Origin: Octopus bimaculoides
Taxonomy: Eukaryota
Assembly (NCBI RefSeq): GCF_001194135.2
Contig: NC_068985.1
Coordinates: 49,627,221 to 49,691,208, forward strand
Direction: 5' to 3'
Length of the DNA: 63,988 nt
Below the pieces are notes generated by a model. That model made no database searches. It was not told the DNA's origin and worked only from the letters and a program-made list of their open reading frames with translations. A program made the translations under genes and the position numbers. Numbering within the stretch: the stretch's first letter is position 1; the number at the start of each line of letters is the position of its first letter. This document shows positions 12,685-26,420 of this stretch, in pieces.

Positions 12685-14599
12685 GGAAAGGTGGTGGAGG
12701 GTAATGCCAAAGATGATGTAATTTTTCTAGCATGAAATGATCAAAGGGAAATATTTCTCACTCCTGTTAAGCATTTGTCAGAATAGATAAATCAGAGAAC
12801 CACTGTAGCCATAGAGCCACTGCAGTCAGAGAACCATGGCAGCCATAAACGTACACACACACACACGTGCGTGTGTAAACATATACACACACACATTACA
12901 ATTTTAAAACTTTTCTTTTTCTCTTTCCTTCATAAAATTTTATGTATTAATATAAATTTTATATAATATATATTTATTTTCGCTATTAACCATCTTTGAA
13001 AGGAAGCATCAAGAAATGAACATAATATATATTTGAAAAAAAAAAATCAATAAATATTTGGGTTAGAGGATATATCCAAAATGATTAAAAGAACAATAAA
13101 AACAAAATGCAGAAAAGAAAGTATTCAGAGATGGCAGGGGGAGGGGGAGATGACATTTATGAAAGAATTGTATTTGAAGGATGTTTGTGAGATGGAACAT
13201 TTCAATTAGGCCCTACAAAAGCTTACCATTCCAAAGTCTGAAGAAAAATACAAGCTGATCAGGATTCATCAGATGCACGTTTCATGTTTTGGTTGGGTTG
13301 CCAGACTACTGAGGATAAAGGGAACGCAAAACTGTACTTGAATGTTTTATTTAAATGTCATCTGTTATACAATCATGCGTATATTGAAAGATGGAGCAAA
13401 TGGGGCTGATTGGCAACTACAAAGAGCTTCTACATAGATATTAAGATTCTAGGTGAATTTACCTCCTGGTCTCTTTTACACCCCACCCCTCACACATACA
13501 CAATTATCTATTCAGAGGTTTAAGATGGCTTTTCAATAACACACTCGATATGTACTGAAAGAGTACATTATTCTTTAAATGTGGTGAGTCTGTGTGCACG
13601 TGTGTGTGTGTGTCAGTATTCTTTCCTTTATGATAGAAATGAGAGAACATTCTCTAGAAATGGATTTTTTAGATTATCCACATCATCATTGTTATTGTTT
13701 TAACATCCACTTTTCCATTCTTGCATGGGTCAGGCAGAATTCATTGAAACAGATTTTCTGTAACAGGATACATTTCCTGTTACTGTCCATCTGTATTCAA
13801 ACAAGGCAGTATTTTCCCATGGTCAGACATATTTCAATGAAAAACAGGAAACAAAAAACGTTGCTTCTATGACAATGTCACTTATCTACAACTATTACAT
13901 GATATCATAGAAAGTATACACACACACACACATGCACACACACACACATGCACACACACATACATCTACATTTCATATATATTTCTTTATTAATGTTTGC
14001 TTTTATTTTCAGTTATAATAAAAAACAATTTTACATTAATCTGATGGATTACTCTATACTCTTGTAGAGCACAGATTTATAGTTCTTAAACAAGAATGTT
14101 GTTGACAGTGACTTCAAAGTGTCAGCCAGCTAAGCCATTGTTGGATACATACCTATATACAACGGGCTTCTTTCAGTTTCACTTACAAGGTTATGGTCAG
14201 CAAAGGGCTATGGTAGAAGAAACTTGTCCAAGGTGCCCCACATTGGGACTGAGCCTGAAATCATGTTGGGAAGCATACTTCATCATACAGCCATGCCTAC
14301 ACTTGACATAGAAACACATTTGTGTTTATTATTTTAATTTAATTTTCATATTTGTTTTGTCTCTTTATATTCCTCTGAAGTCAGTTAAAATAAAGTGACA
14401 ATCAAGCACAGGGGTTGATGACATCAACTAACCCCTTCCTCTCAAGACTGCTGGCCTGGTTCCTAAATTATAAACCACCATTTTAATCTAATTCATAATT
14501 TTGCTGTGTACCTGTAAATGTGTGTTGGTGAAGCTTGTTTATATTCATAAATTATGAAACTATGAGCATCCCATTGAATCAGGAATGAATTGGTAGCAT

Positions 14600-15025
14600 C
14601 TACCATCATCATTATTTAACATCCGTTGTTCATGCTGGCATGGGTTGGAATGTTTGACTAGGGCTGTTCAGTTAAGGGGCTGCACCACACTCCAGTCTGA
14701 TTTGGCATGGTTTCTATGGCTGGATGCCCTTTCCTAACACCAACCACTCTGAGAGTGTAATGGATGCTTTTACATGCTACCAGCACAGGTGCCAGTTGTG
14801 TGACACCAATATGTGCTGCAACTATGATTTCACTTGGCTTGATGGATCTTCTACCCAAGCACAGCATTTTGCCAAAGGTCTCAGTGATCATTGCCTCTGT
14901 GGAGCCCAGTGCTGAAAAGGTTCTTTTTACGTGCCACCAGCATGGGTGCTAGTTACATAACACTGGCACTGGTCACATTACCTCTGTGAGGCCCAACACT
15001 CGAAAGGTGCTTTTTATGTGCCGAT
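14600..15025 (-). mobile_element. Diverged RTE 3'-terminal copy
   Basis: catcatcattatttaacatccgttgttcatgctggcatggg.. plus degenerate gtgccaccagcac modules. Confidence 0.75.
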
Positions 15026-15086
15026 TATATGTCACTGGCATCAAGCATGGCTATCATGCTTCCACTAATTTGTTTAGGTGCTTATG

Positions 15087-15375
15087 AACAAGGTGTTCAG
15101 GAAAATTAGACAGTCTGCATAACAGGGAAAGCAAACAATATTCCATCCAAAAATAAAAGTATTTTTTTAAAATCAAAAATATATCAACTAGATTATAGCT
15201 GGGAGATAAGTTTACTCAAAGTAGCCACTTCAGCTTCCACCATGGCCTCAAGACACCTCCAGAACTGGGTGCATGCATCCTTCACTGTGTCCCTGGGAAG
15301 ATCTTCGGACATCCAGATTACAAGTGAAACTTTATACTCAGATTTTACCATCAGAGATCTTACTGTACAATGAAT
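15087..15375 (-). mobile_element. 3' fragment of a Tc1/mariner transposase with one TIR
   Basis: Track ORF 15193..15483 ends ..DLPRDTVKDACTQFWRCLEAMVEAEVATL, typical transposase C-terminus; TIR-like caaggtgttcagg at 15089. Confidence 0.7.
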
Positions 15376-15383
15376 GAATAAAA

Positions 15384-15433
<50 letters not shown>

Positions 15434-16053
15434 ATGCGTGCGTGCGTGCGTGCATGCGTGCGTGCGTGCGTGTGTAGGTACATACATATGTGTCTGTGTC
15501 AATCTTAGCTGTAATAAAATACTAGTGCTTCTCCTCAATAATCAGATCAGGAGATTCAATGTAGAAAACATCAAGAAGAACTCTGTAAGTAAAAATCTTC
15601 TGAAATTGTTCAGACCATTGCTGGATAAATATACAGAAACATTAAACAAGTTGCAAATTTTACCCAACAGCTACCAGCTCCCATTATAATTATAGATCTC
15701 TTCTGCTGGTTAATTTCTCTTTGATAGTCTATAATCAGGTTTTGCACACCAAAAAGTGTTAAAATATGCAATTGTGAATCAAATTTATCAAACCATTGTC
15801 TAACCTGTCATTTAGGTGATAGACTATTAATTTGTTACTTGGTTTAACACCACCACCTGTCCCTTGGGTGCCTTTAGCAATGTCTATTCTTTTACAAGCA
15901 TTCGGATCAGGACTTCCATCCGAGAATGACCACCCATTATATTGTTAAATGAAAGTAAACATTAAAGGATAGAGAAGCTTAAATAATTGCATATGTCAAA
16001 AAGGCATAAGCCACAGATGTGAGTGTAAATATATATATATATATATATATTCA

Positions 16054-17290
16054 CACAGGGTGTGTCAGGTTTTTGTGGTCTTTTGTATGAATTTAGTAAA
16101 AGACGCATAGCTCATCAAAGAAAAATTGAATTTGGAAACAAAATTGGTACAAATAATCTTGAGAATTCTATTATTACACCAATTCATTGAATCCACCATT
16201 AGCATCAATGGCTGGATTCAATATGGGGTTGGAAGTGTTGATATACCTGAATCAAATGATCGTTATCAATTTTGGACAGTGCTGGTTATGGCAGACTTGG
16301 GAGATTGTATGTTGTTATGGAGGTGTTGATTGACTTCTCTCTCAACTACGACCCACACATAATAGTCCAGCAAATTGAGTTCTGGTGAGCTAGGAGGTTA
16401 TGTGTCTGGTAGAACATGATAATAGAGACTGGCACACATCCACACTTGTGTTATGAAATGGCATAGAGTCTTGTTGAAAGATATACAGGATTCTGTCATG
16501 TACTTTGTTTAGCCAGAGCCTCACAAATTTCTCCAACGCCTTTGTTTAGACAATGGCTTTGACTCTTAAGCCATGTGAAAAAAACGGAGAAGAGATAACA
16601 CCTCCACTATTGCTGATGACTCCCAGAACCATCACTGTTGCTGGGAACTTAGTATGCATAACCGTTGAAATTTCATTCAGGTTTTTGCATAACCATCTCT
16701 CATTCCTTCAGTTTACCTTTTGGCTGGTCCTGATTGAAGTTTTTCTCATCAGAGAAAAATCAAAGCATTCCAACCTCTTGGTGTTTTAACTTGTTTAGCA
16801 AGATTTTGTATGGCTTGAAGAATTCTCTCATGTCACATCCAATATAAACTGACCCCTCCATATCACATACGACTTGTACCAGGTGTCCTTATGCACAGTT
16901 CTGGTGGTGCATTCTGAACCCTTGAGGTCCTTTGCAATGGCTCCAATTGACCTTCAAGACTTTTTATCGATTATTTCTTAGACTTCTGTTTTGCAAAGTT
17001 ATGTGTTCTGATGTTTTGGGACCTTGTGCATACGTTTTTGCTTTTAGCTGCTGACGTTGGATCCCTGTCAGCAGCTTCCAGCTGCCTTCACACTTTGACA
17101 ACAAAGGATTGGATAACTTCCAGGAAGCAAGCCATCTCTGTATGACTATGCTGTGTTTCTAAAAGCAATGATTACAGCATGCTTTTTCATTTGCTGAGTC
17201 AAACTGATGTCTGACATTATTTATCTGAAAAATAAGTTAGAAGAAAGAGATCTTGAAAGAGGTGTCCTCAAGAAACCAACACACCTTGTG
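16054..17290 (-). mobile_element. Degenerate near full-length Tc1/mariner (maT/DD37D-like) transposon
   Basis: Decayed TIRs cacagggtgtgtc / acacaccttgtg-TA; minus-strand motifs FFSDEKNFNQD (~16730-16762), YIFQQDSMPFH (~16460-16490), PPSSPELNLLDYYVW (~16345-16395), with stops and frameshifts. Subfamily call is by motif resemblance. Confidence 0.85.
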
Positions 17291-17437
17291 TAGTATACCA
17301 GTTGTTCAGTGATAGAATGCTCACCGGTTATGCAGGCAGTCTAAGTTCAGTTCCTTGTTGATGCAATTTAATTTTTGTCTTACCCCACTCACACCAGAAT
17401 AGAAAGAGGATGTTAAATTATGATGAAGATGATGATG

Positions 17438-17479
<42 letters not shown>

Positions 17480-18122
17480 ACATCTATGCAAATATGAATG
17501 CATGTGCACAGACGCATATTCCTAAGCATGTATGCATATGAAAAACTGGATGCAGAGGCTTATCAAAGAATGTGTGAATGTAAAGAGATTTACTAAGAGA
17601 TAAGAAATCAATAAAGAAAGGGCAAATGGACTGACAGTCAAGCATATGTAACAACTAGATAGATAAATCATTTTATAGATCAATGTTGTTGCTGTTTAAC
17701 CCTAGGTCAGTCATGACAGACCAGATCTAAGATGAATACCTTTACAGCTGTGACTATCTTTTTTTTTTTTTTCAAATAGTGTATCTATGACTACATTGTT
17801 CAATGATTTTTCCTATTTAAGATGGTAGCATGTGATGTGAGGGAGATTTGGAAACTATTTCTTGAAGGTTTAGGGACCATCTAGAGGTTTTGTTGGTGGC
17901 TTTTATGAATGTAATTATTTCATAGGTTAATTGACTCTAAAATAATCTCGTTATTACTTTTCAAGTTCTCTGGAGATAAGTCAACAAGTTTTTTATGCAG
18001 GCAGATGAGAAGATGAGAGTGAAAATGTGTTAGAAACAGCAATATATATAAAAAAAAAAATAACAAGGAAAGACTGAGAGAAACAGAGGCAAAAAGAAAA
18101 ATAAGAAAGAAAAAAAGAATAG

Positions 18123-18177
<55 letters not shown>

Positions 18178-18283
18178 AGTAAATGATGTTGAAAAAGTGA
18201 CAGACAGACTGACATGAAAGGGAAACAGGGAAAGTAACAGAAATAATTCCTTAAGGATAGAGAAGGGGAGAAGTCAAGAGAAC

Positions 18284-18329
<46 letters not shown>

Positions 18330-18565
18330 GACTGTGCATGTCTGTGTGCATGTGTATACATGCCTCTACATATATGTATGTAGAAGCATGTGTTGTATGC
18401 ATGTGTGTGTGCTTGTGTAAACATGAGCATGTGTACACATGCATCTGCATGCATGTTTGATATATATATGCATAAAGTTGTCTGTGCATGCCAATGCATG
18501 TGCATATCTGTGCATGCATGTTTATGCATATGTGTATGAGCAAGTGCAAGACCGTGTGTGTGCGT

Positions 18566-18644
<79 letters not shown>

Positions 18645-18737
18645 TGTGTCAAAATGTAAAAATAAAGTGAAAGTAGCAGAGAAAAGATGAGTAGGGAGGA
18701 AAATAAGAGAGAAAAAGTGATTGGAAGACAGCTAGCA

Positions 18738-18768
<31 letters not shown>

Positions 18769-19231
18769 CAGACAGACTGACTGACAGAGACAGAGAGGGA
18801 GAGAGCAGTGAGGGTAGCAAAATCAGTAAGGAGACTGGTGATAGCAGTGGGAGAAATACCAAGAATACTTGTAGCATGATCTGTCATGGTTGATCACACT
18901 TTTCCCTAATCATTGTTGCCGTTGTGGTGATGGTGGTGGTGNNNNNNNNNNNNNNNNNNNNNNNNNNNNNNNNNNNNNNNNNNNNNNNNNNNNNNNNNNN
19001 NNNNNNNNNNNNNNNNNNNNNNNNNNNNNNNNNNNNNNNNNNNNNNNNNNNNNNNNNNNNNNNNNNNNNNNNNNNNNNNNNNNNNNNNNNNNNNNNNNNN
19101 NNNNNNNNNNNNNNNNNNNNNNNNNNNNNNNNNNNNNNNNNNNNNNNNNNNNNNNNNNNNNNNNNNNNNNNNNNNNNNNNNNNNNNNNNNNNNNNNNNNN
19201 NNNNNNNNNNNNNNNNNNNNNNNNNNNNNNN

Positions 19232-19289
<58 letters not shown>

Positions 19290-19339
19290 CCCTTATGCAG
19301 GATTCTAAATACTTGTAGTCTGTTGTGCTGGTTTCCTTG

Positions 19340-19509
19340 GAGGGGGAAATAGAAGTGCAAAGAAACCAAGACAATAAAGAAGTAAAAGAAAAAAAGGATA
19401 CTAAAGAAGAAAAGGAAAATATTACAAAAGAAAGAAAGAAAGAAAGAAAGAAAGGAAGGAAGAAAGAAAGGAAGAAAGGAAGGAAGGAAGAAAGAAAGAA
19501 AGGAAGAAA

Positions 19510-19542
<33 letters not shown>

Positions 19543-19930
19543 GAAGAAAGAAAGAAAGAAAGGGAGAAAGAAAGAAAGAAAGAAAGAGTGAAAAGATGAA
19601 AGATGAACAAGAAAGAAAGAGAGATGAAAAAGGAAGAAAAAGAGGGAACAGTAAAGGAGGAGAAAGAGGAAAAGGAAGTCAAGAAAGAGAAGGCAGAGGA
19701 GGAGAAGACAGAGGAAAGGAAGGCAGGGTGGAGGAAAAGAGAAGGAAAAAAGGAGGAAGGGGAGGAAGGAAGGTAGAGAAGAGAAAGAAGGTAGAGAAGA
19801 GAAGGAAGGTAGGATGAGGAGGGAGGAGTTGACTGAGGAGGAAGGCGAAAAGATGGTGGAGGAGGAAGAGTAGAATGAAGAAGAAGAGGTGGAGGAGACG
19901 AAGGGAAAAGAAAGAAAAAAGAAGCATGTT
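19340..19930 (+). repeat. Polypurine (GAAA/GGAA/GA)n low-complexity tract
   Basis: Direct inspection. Confidence 0.9.
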
Positions 19931-20204
19931 ATATATTTGATAAACTTCTTATAGTTCGCATATTACAATCAGGCCTTCATTACATTAAGTGTTCTGAAAA
20001 TGGGGCCCCGTGTAAAATAAATGTGTTGGGTTTAAGTACACATGAAGACAAAGACACACACACACACAGATGCAGACACATGCAAACATGAAGACATACA
20101 GATAAATACACATGCATATAGACACATATACAGGAATGCATATACATCCATATACACAAACATACATAATCTTTCAATCACCTAAATGAATACATACATC
20201 CATA

Positions 20205-20363
20205 CAGAAGCATGGCTATGTGGTAAGAAGCTTGCTTTCTAACCGTAGGGTTCTAGCTTCAATCCCACTGCATGGCACCTTGGGCAAGTGTCTTCTACTA
20301 TAACTTCAGACTGATCAAAGCCTTGTAAATGGATGAGGTAGACAAAAACTGGAAAAAACCTGT

Positions 20364-20403
<40 letters not shown>

Positions 20404-20926
20404 NNNNNNNNNNNNNNNNNNNNNNNNNNNNNNNNNNNNNNNNNNNNNNNNNNNNNNNNNNNNNNNNNNNNNNNNNNNNNNNNNNNNNNNNNNNNNNNNN
20501 NNNNNNNNNNNNNNNNNNNNNNNNNNNNNNNNNNNNNNNNNNNNNNNNNNNNNNNNNNNNNNNNNNNNNNNNNNNNNNNNNNNNNNNNNNNNNNNNNNNN
20601 NNNNNNNNNNNNNNNNNNNNNNNNNNNNNNNNNNNNNNNNNNNNNNNNNNNNNNNNNNNNNNNNNNNNNNNNNNNNNNNNNNNNNNNNNNNNNNNNNNNN
20701 NNNNNNNNNNNNNNNNNNNNNNNNNNNNNNNNNNNNNNNNNNNNNNNNNNNNNNNNNNNNNNNNNNNNNNNNNNNNNNNNNNNNNNNNNNNNNNNNNNNN
20801 NNNNNNNNNNNNNNNNNNNNNNNNNNNNNNNNNNNNNNNNNNNNNNNNNNNNNNNNNNNNNNNNNNNNNNNNNNNNNNNNNNNNNNNNNNTATATATATA
20901 TATATATATATATACACACGTGTGGG

Positions 20927-20964
<38 letters not shown>

Positions 20965-21150
20965 ACCACTGCTTGACAACTGGTGTTGGTGCGTTTATGT
21001 CTCTGTAATTTAGTGGTTCAGCAAAAGGGACTGATAGAATAAGTGCCAGCCTTAAAAAAAAAAGTAAGTTCTGGGGTTGATATATTCAAGGCAGTGCCCC
21101 AGCATGGCCAGGGCTAATGACTGAAACATGTAAAAAAATGAAAGGTAAAA
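20205..21150 (+). mobile_element. SINE family A copy with expanded (TA)n and assembly gap
   Basis: Head 20205-20365, (TA)n plus N run to 20890, 3' half 20960-21150. Confidence 0.8.
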
Positions 21151-21604
21151 AATACAAGAAAATAGAAAATCAGAGTAGCAATAGAATAAAGCATCAGCTT
21201 CAAATGACTGAATAAACTCTATTGTGATGTATGGAGTAATTTTACACATTTCAATCAAGAAGAAATAATTGTGACCATGAGCTTCAGAGTACCTTCCAAC
21301 ACTGTTCCAATTGATGTGATTGATGTTTCAACTTATAGGGAAAAATGTGATCAGAAAGGAATTACAGATGGTTTGATATTCTGGGAATAAAATATTGGCA
21401 AGGGTCACAGACTGGATGACACATTTGGATGACACATGTGGATCAATTTGTAAGTCAAAGACATTTGTAAAACATTTCATCAGAAATTGTCTACCCATGT
21501 CGTATATATTTATCCAAACAAACTTTTGCCAGTGTAGCCCAGCATCATTTTTGATCAGATTCCTTTGTTTATTTGCTGTTCTGCAAATGTTGTCCAACAT
21601 TACA

Positions 21605-22002
21605 GTATAGTATAGTTGGCTGCGTCTCGTGTTTCCAAGCTTGCAATCCAGTTCCTTTTCCTGGGTGTTTGAATCGCAGATGGCTCTGCAATCCAAGGGT
21701 TGCATGAAACATACGGGGACATTGTGGACAAGGGATAGAAGGGTTGGTTTGGGAAGGAGAAGGCGCTGCTTTCTCTCCCGTCTCTTGAGTTCAGCTCTTG
21801 CGACTCAAGCTTTCTCGAAGTCCGTTGAACCCGTTTTGATGGTGTGTCTCCAGAGGGGTCTGTTTGCCGAGATATCCTCCCAGTGTGCGGGGTCGATGCT
21901 GGTGCTTTTCAAGGTTGATTTGAGTTGGTCCTTGTACCGCCTCAAGGAGGCTCCACGAGGACGTTTTCCTTCAGACAGTTCACCATAGAGACAGATCTTG
22001 GG
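21605..22002 (-). mobile_element. 5'-truncated RTE LINE 3' end with C-terminal C2H2 zinc finger
   Basis: PKICLYGELSEGKRPRGASLRRYKDQLKSTLK..WEDISANRPLWRHTIKTG..; after a frameshift CPQCPRMFHATLGLQSHLRFKH; 9-bp TSD aacattaca at 21596-21604 and 22003-22011. Confidence 0.9.
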
Positions 22003-22244
22003 AACATTACAACAGTATTGTAAACAGGAATCACTATAACACATAATGTCTTAGAGAGAGTGCACTGGTGGCTGGAGTATTTCACTGCTATGTTCATTCT
22101 TCTCTGATTAAACCTTTAAAAGCATTTCCTTTTAATACTTCAGATTCAAAGTTAACCATTAACAGAACAGACTGGAGCAACCAAATAATGAACTGGAGAG
22201 AAACAACAAGTATAACATGACTTAGAAGAAATAGTATAAATACA

Positions 22245-22275
<31 letters not shown>

Positions 22276-22789
22276 ATGAATAAAAAGACTGATTAAGATA
22301 ACAAACAAATAATCAAAAACACTCACAAAATGCAAGATAAGTCAATATAATTTAATCAGACACTGAACAGAAAGTTTATTTTAACTGGTACATTCTTTGA
22401 GGATACTCAGAGACTGTCCAAACATCTATCTTACATTTTTCTGCCTACATTACTGTTGTTCATATGATACTAATCAATAATTATAATATAGAAGAAAAAT
22501 TAAAAAAATAAAAAAATATGTTCATCTGAAAATTTCACTATAAAATTTCACATCATAGTTCTACCACAGTAACTGGAATGCTATAATGTTGGAAAGAGAT
22601 AACTAACTGAATTTTGGCAGCTATATTAGAAAGCTCCATTAATCCCGACAAGACCAGATAAAAAAAGAATCTTAGTAGCATCTTTAGTATTTTAGCTGTA
22701 ATATCTTCCTTGTTCCCCACTCCTCATCAGTCGAGATAGTACTTCAGTTCTGAAGTGTGTATGATAAGTGTTGTGTTTACAGGAATGTA

Positions 22790-22893
22790 TAAAGGTGTGT
22801 AGCACCATGCATACACATGTATATATGTATATATTTGTAGGTGTGTGTGTGTATGTACATATCTACACATTTACATGTGTATACAAGATAGGT

Positions 22894-22952
<59 letters not shown>

Positions 22953-23053
22953 CACACACACATATATATGTACACATACATACATATATATACTTACACA
23001 CACATGCACGCACACTTACATATAAACACACACATATATACACATATTTATGT

Positions 23054-23125
<72 letters not shown>

Positions 23126-23225
23126 TATATACATATATACATATACATATATATATATATGTATACATGCATACACACAAACGACCAGACACACATACAC
23201 ACACACAAACACACACACACACACA
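22790..23225. repeat. Compound (TG)n/(TA)n/(CA)n microsatellite field, one of many in the window
   Basis: Direct inspection. Confidence 0.9.
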
Positions 23226-23831
23226 TTTAAAAAAATATGTGCATGAATTTATGAGTGTAAATATGTATAAGTTTGTCCATATATGAATGCTTTGAAGTAT
23301 GCATGGCCTAATCCTCTGCCTGTATAAGTGTACAATCAGCATGCATGTGTCATACGCTTACATACATATATGCATATATACACACACGTGCCCATACATA
23401 GATAGAATTAGCTTACATTTGTATGTCTGTCTATGTGCATCTGCTATACAGATTTTATTTCTGAGTCATTTCACCTAACCTAGTGTTCTGTCCTACTGTA
23501 CTCTGTCTGGTAAGCTCACTTAGCCATGACACACTACATAAAAATTAGCTTACTGACCCAAAATTGGTTCCAGGACAATTTCACAACATCAAAGGTATAC
23601 ACATACACAGACACACACACACACACACACAAATACTAACATGTCTGTGTGTTTGAGTGTGTAAGTGTGTGGGTGTGTGGGTGTGTGCTTGTGGCTGTGG
23701 TTAAGGAGTTCGTTTTGCAACCACATGGTTTTTGAGTTCAATCCCAGAATGCAGCATGCTGGCAAATGTCTTCTGCTGTATATGCAGGTTTGACAAAAAA
23801 GAAAACCTTGGAAGCTGGAAATAGAAAACAA

Positions 23832-23884
<53 letters not shown>

Positions 23885-24153
23885 GTGTGTGTGCACATGT
23901 GTGTTGTAGGGAGTGGGGTGACATCACATACTACATGTGAAAAAAAAGCTTCACAATCATACATGCAGTGTCACTCATATGCAATTTCCCATGAAATTAT
24001 GTCTGGCAAAGTGTTGGTTATGTTCGAAAGACTAGGGGTAACATCCTGCTTGGAAACAGATATGCATTAGCAACAAAAACAGCATCCAGCCATAGAAAAT
24101 CTCCTTCAATGAACTCCATCTAATTCATGCAAGCATGGAAAAGATGACATTAA

Positions 24154-24373
24154 CCCTTTAGCTTTCTGATTACTCTGTCAAATATAAAGCTTGTTTAATT
24201 ACATCATTTTTAAGTTAATTGTACAGCATCTTGTAACTCTGAGATTTTGATGATGTTCTCTTTATTTTTAGAATGACTTTGTAGGGTAGGTGTGAGAGGT
24301 CAGAGTTGGCTGGTTTGAGCATAAAACAGGAAGATAATTTTGGCCCGATATGACCAGTTTAAATACTAAAGGG
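24154..24373. mobile_element. piggyBac-type MITE
   Basis: TTAA-ccctttag ... ctaaaggg-TTAA. Confidence 0.75.
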
Positions 24374-25542
24374 TTAAAGTGGTTGTGGTGGCAGTGGTGA
24401 TGATGATGATTATGATAATCTCACACAAACACACACCGAACTTATTTCAACTTTAGAAAAGATACACTAAATCCTTGCATGTCATAAGAGTTGGCTAAAA
24501 GGGTTGGTGACAGGAAAAGCAACTGTTTGTAAAATAACAGCTCAAAAATCTGTTTGCTTTCTTATGCATACTAGCATGAGAAAGCAAAGAGATGATGATG
24601 ATGATGACAATGACAATGATGACGATGACAACAACGATGATGATGATGATGACAACAACGATGATGATGATGATGATGATGATGATACATAAATGCACCC
24701 ATGCCAGTGGCACATAAAAAGCACCCAGTATACTCTGCTAAGTGGTAGGAAGGGCATCCAGCCACAGAAACCATGCCACAACAGACAGAGTCTGGATAGC
24801 TCCCTGCTAGGCAGCTCCATGTCAAACCATCCAATCCATGCCAGCATGGAAAGCAGATGCTAAACAATGATGATAATGATGATGATTACTAAAGGGTTAA
24901 AGACTGAAACATGTTAAAGGTAACATACATCATGACATGGCACTCCCTACCATCAATCAAATGACTCACACAGCAGATAAATGTATTGAGCAATTGAGTT
25001 CATATTTCATCACAAATAGGTCGTAATCTCAGACAGGACACGTATTTCTATTTGTCTCAACTTGGGAAAAAAAGAGAAAAATTAGGATTGGTACAGTGAG
25101 CTTGCATGACTTTTGGAGGAAGAACTCCAATTACTATTACTATTAAGTATTAATGTGCCAAGTTCTGATTGCTTACTTGTGCATTTATATATGCAGATAT
25201 GTATATGTGTACATGCATATCCACAATTGGTAGGTTCTGTAATATCATTGTATTTCTGTTACTTAAATGTAAATTTTAACATGCAAGCCCTTAAAGGCAG
25301 ACTACTCCATTAACCATTGCAACCAGCAATTCCTTCATATGAACCATTTCAAAGCTAGCTATAGCTTTCTTCACACAGAAGCCAACAAAACACTTGCTGC
25401 AGAGGCAGAAACACCAATGCATGCCTTTCAACCAGTTATGCAAAGCTGAATAGATAATGCTTGAAACTAAAGTTACATCTTCAAATTAATATAAGGTACA
25501 TTTAAACAACACAGCTTCAACTATACTTCATCATTTAGCAAT

Positions 25543-25757
25543 TTGTTTTGTTTCAGTCATTGGACTGTGTCCATGCTGGGGCCTGCCTTGAAGAATTTAG
25601 TTAAATTGCCCCCAGTACTTACTTTTAAGTCTGGTACTTATTCTATTGGTCTCTTTTGCTGAACTGCTAAGTTACAGGGATGTAAACAAGCTAACACCAT
25701 CAAATGGTGGTGGTGGTGGGTAAATACCAAGACACACATATACATATGTGCACATGC

Positions 25758-25795
<38 letters not shown>

Positions 25796-25968
25796 TTTAC
25801 ACACAAAATGGGCTTCCCTACAGTTTCTGTCAACCAAATTTCATCAAAAGGCATAGGTTAGCTATGGGCTATAGTAGAAGACACTTGCATAAGATGCTAC
25901 ACAGTGGAACTGAACCCAAAACCATGTGGTTGCAAAGAAGACTTTTTAATCACATAGACATGACCGCA
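25543..25968 (-). mobile_element. SINE family A copy
   Basis: gtttcagtcattggactgtgtccatgctgg..gaacccaaaaccatgtggttg. Confidence 0.8.
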
Positions 25969-26205
25969 CCAATGCTGGATGGTAAAACGTCACAATTTTG
26001 TCCAACTACAAACGCCACTTAAAAGAAAACAATACCAATTTTGACATTAACTCTGAAAGTCCTGTAGTGATTTCTCTAAGTAAATCTCCCAATCCTGTCA
26101 GAAAATGGCGATTTTGATGCAAGTGCAGCTACACCAGTGTAAAAATCCTTAAACTGTAGCTTTTGCATGAATATGGCTGCAACTTCATGGTAGAATATAA
26201 TGAAT

Positions 26206-26420
26206 GTTGATGAGCTGGCAGAAATATTAGCATGCCAGGCAAAATGCTTAGCGGTATTTCATCTGTCTTTATGTTTGGGGTTCAAATTCTGCCGCAGTCA
26301 ACTCTACTTTTCATCCTTTCGAGGTCGATAAATTAAGTATCAGTTGCATACTGGGGTTGATCTAATCGACTGGCCCCTCCCCAAAAATTTCGGGTCTTTT
26401 GTCTAGAATAGAAAAGAATA
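26206..26420 (+). mobile_element. tRNA-derived SINE (family B)
   Basis: gagctggcagaa..ttagc head, gttcaaattc B-box, central gtcaactctacttttcatcctttcgaggtcgataaattaagta domain, gaaaagaat tail; agaata flanks both sides. Confidence 0.85.

Noticed and set aside
13500-13554. Minus-strand exon with strong acceptor and gtatgt donor
   Set aside because: Stops in all three frames.
19340-19930. Lys/Glu/Arg-rich protein
   Set aside because: Polypurine simple repeat; ordinary for this genome.
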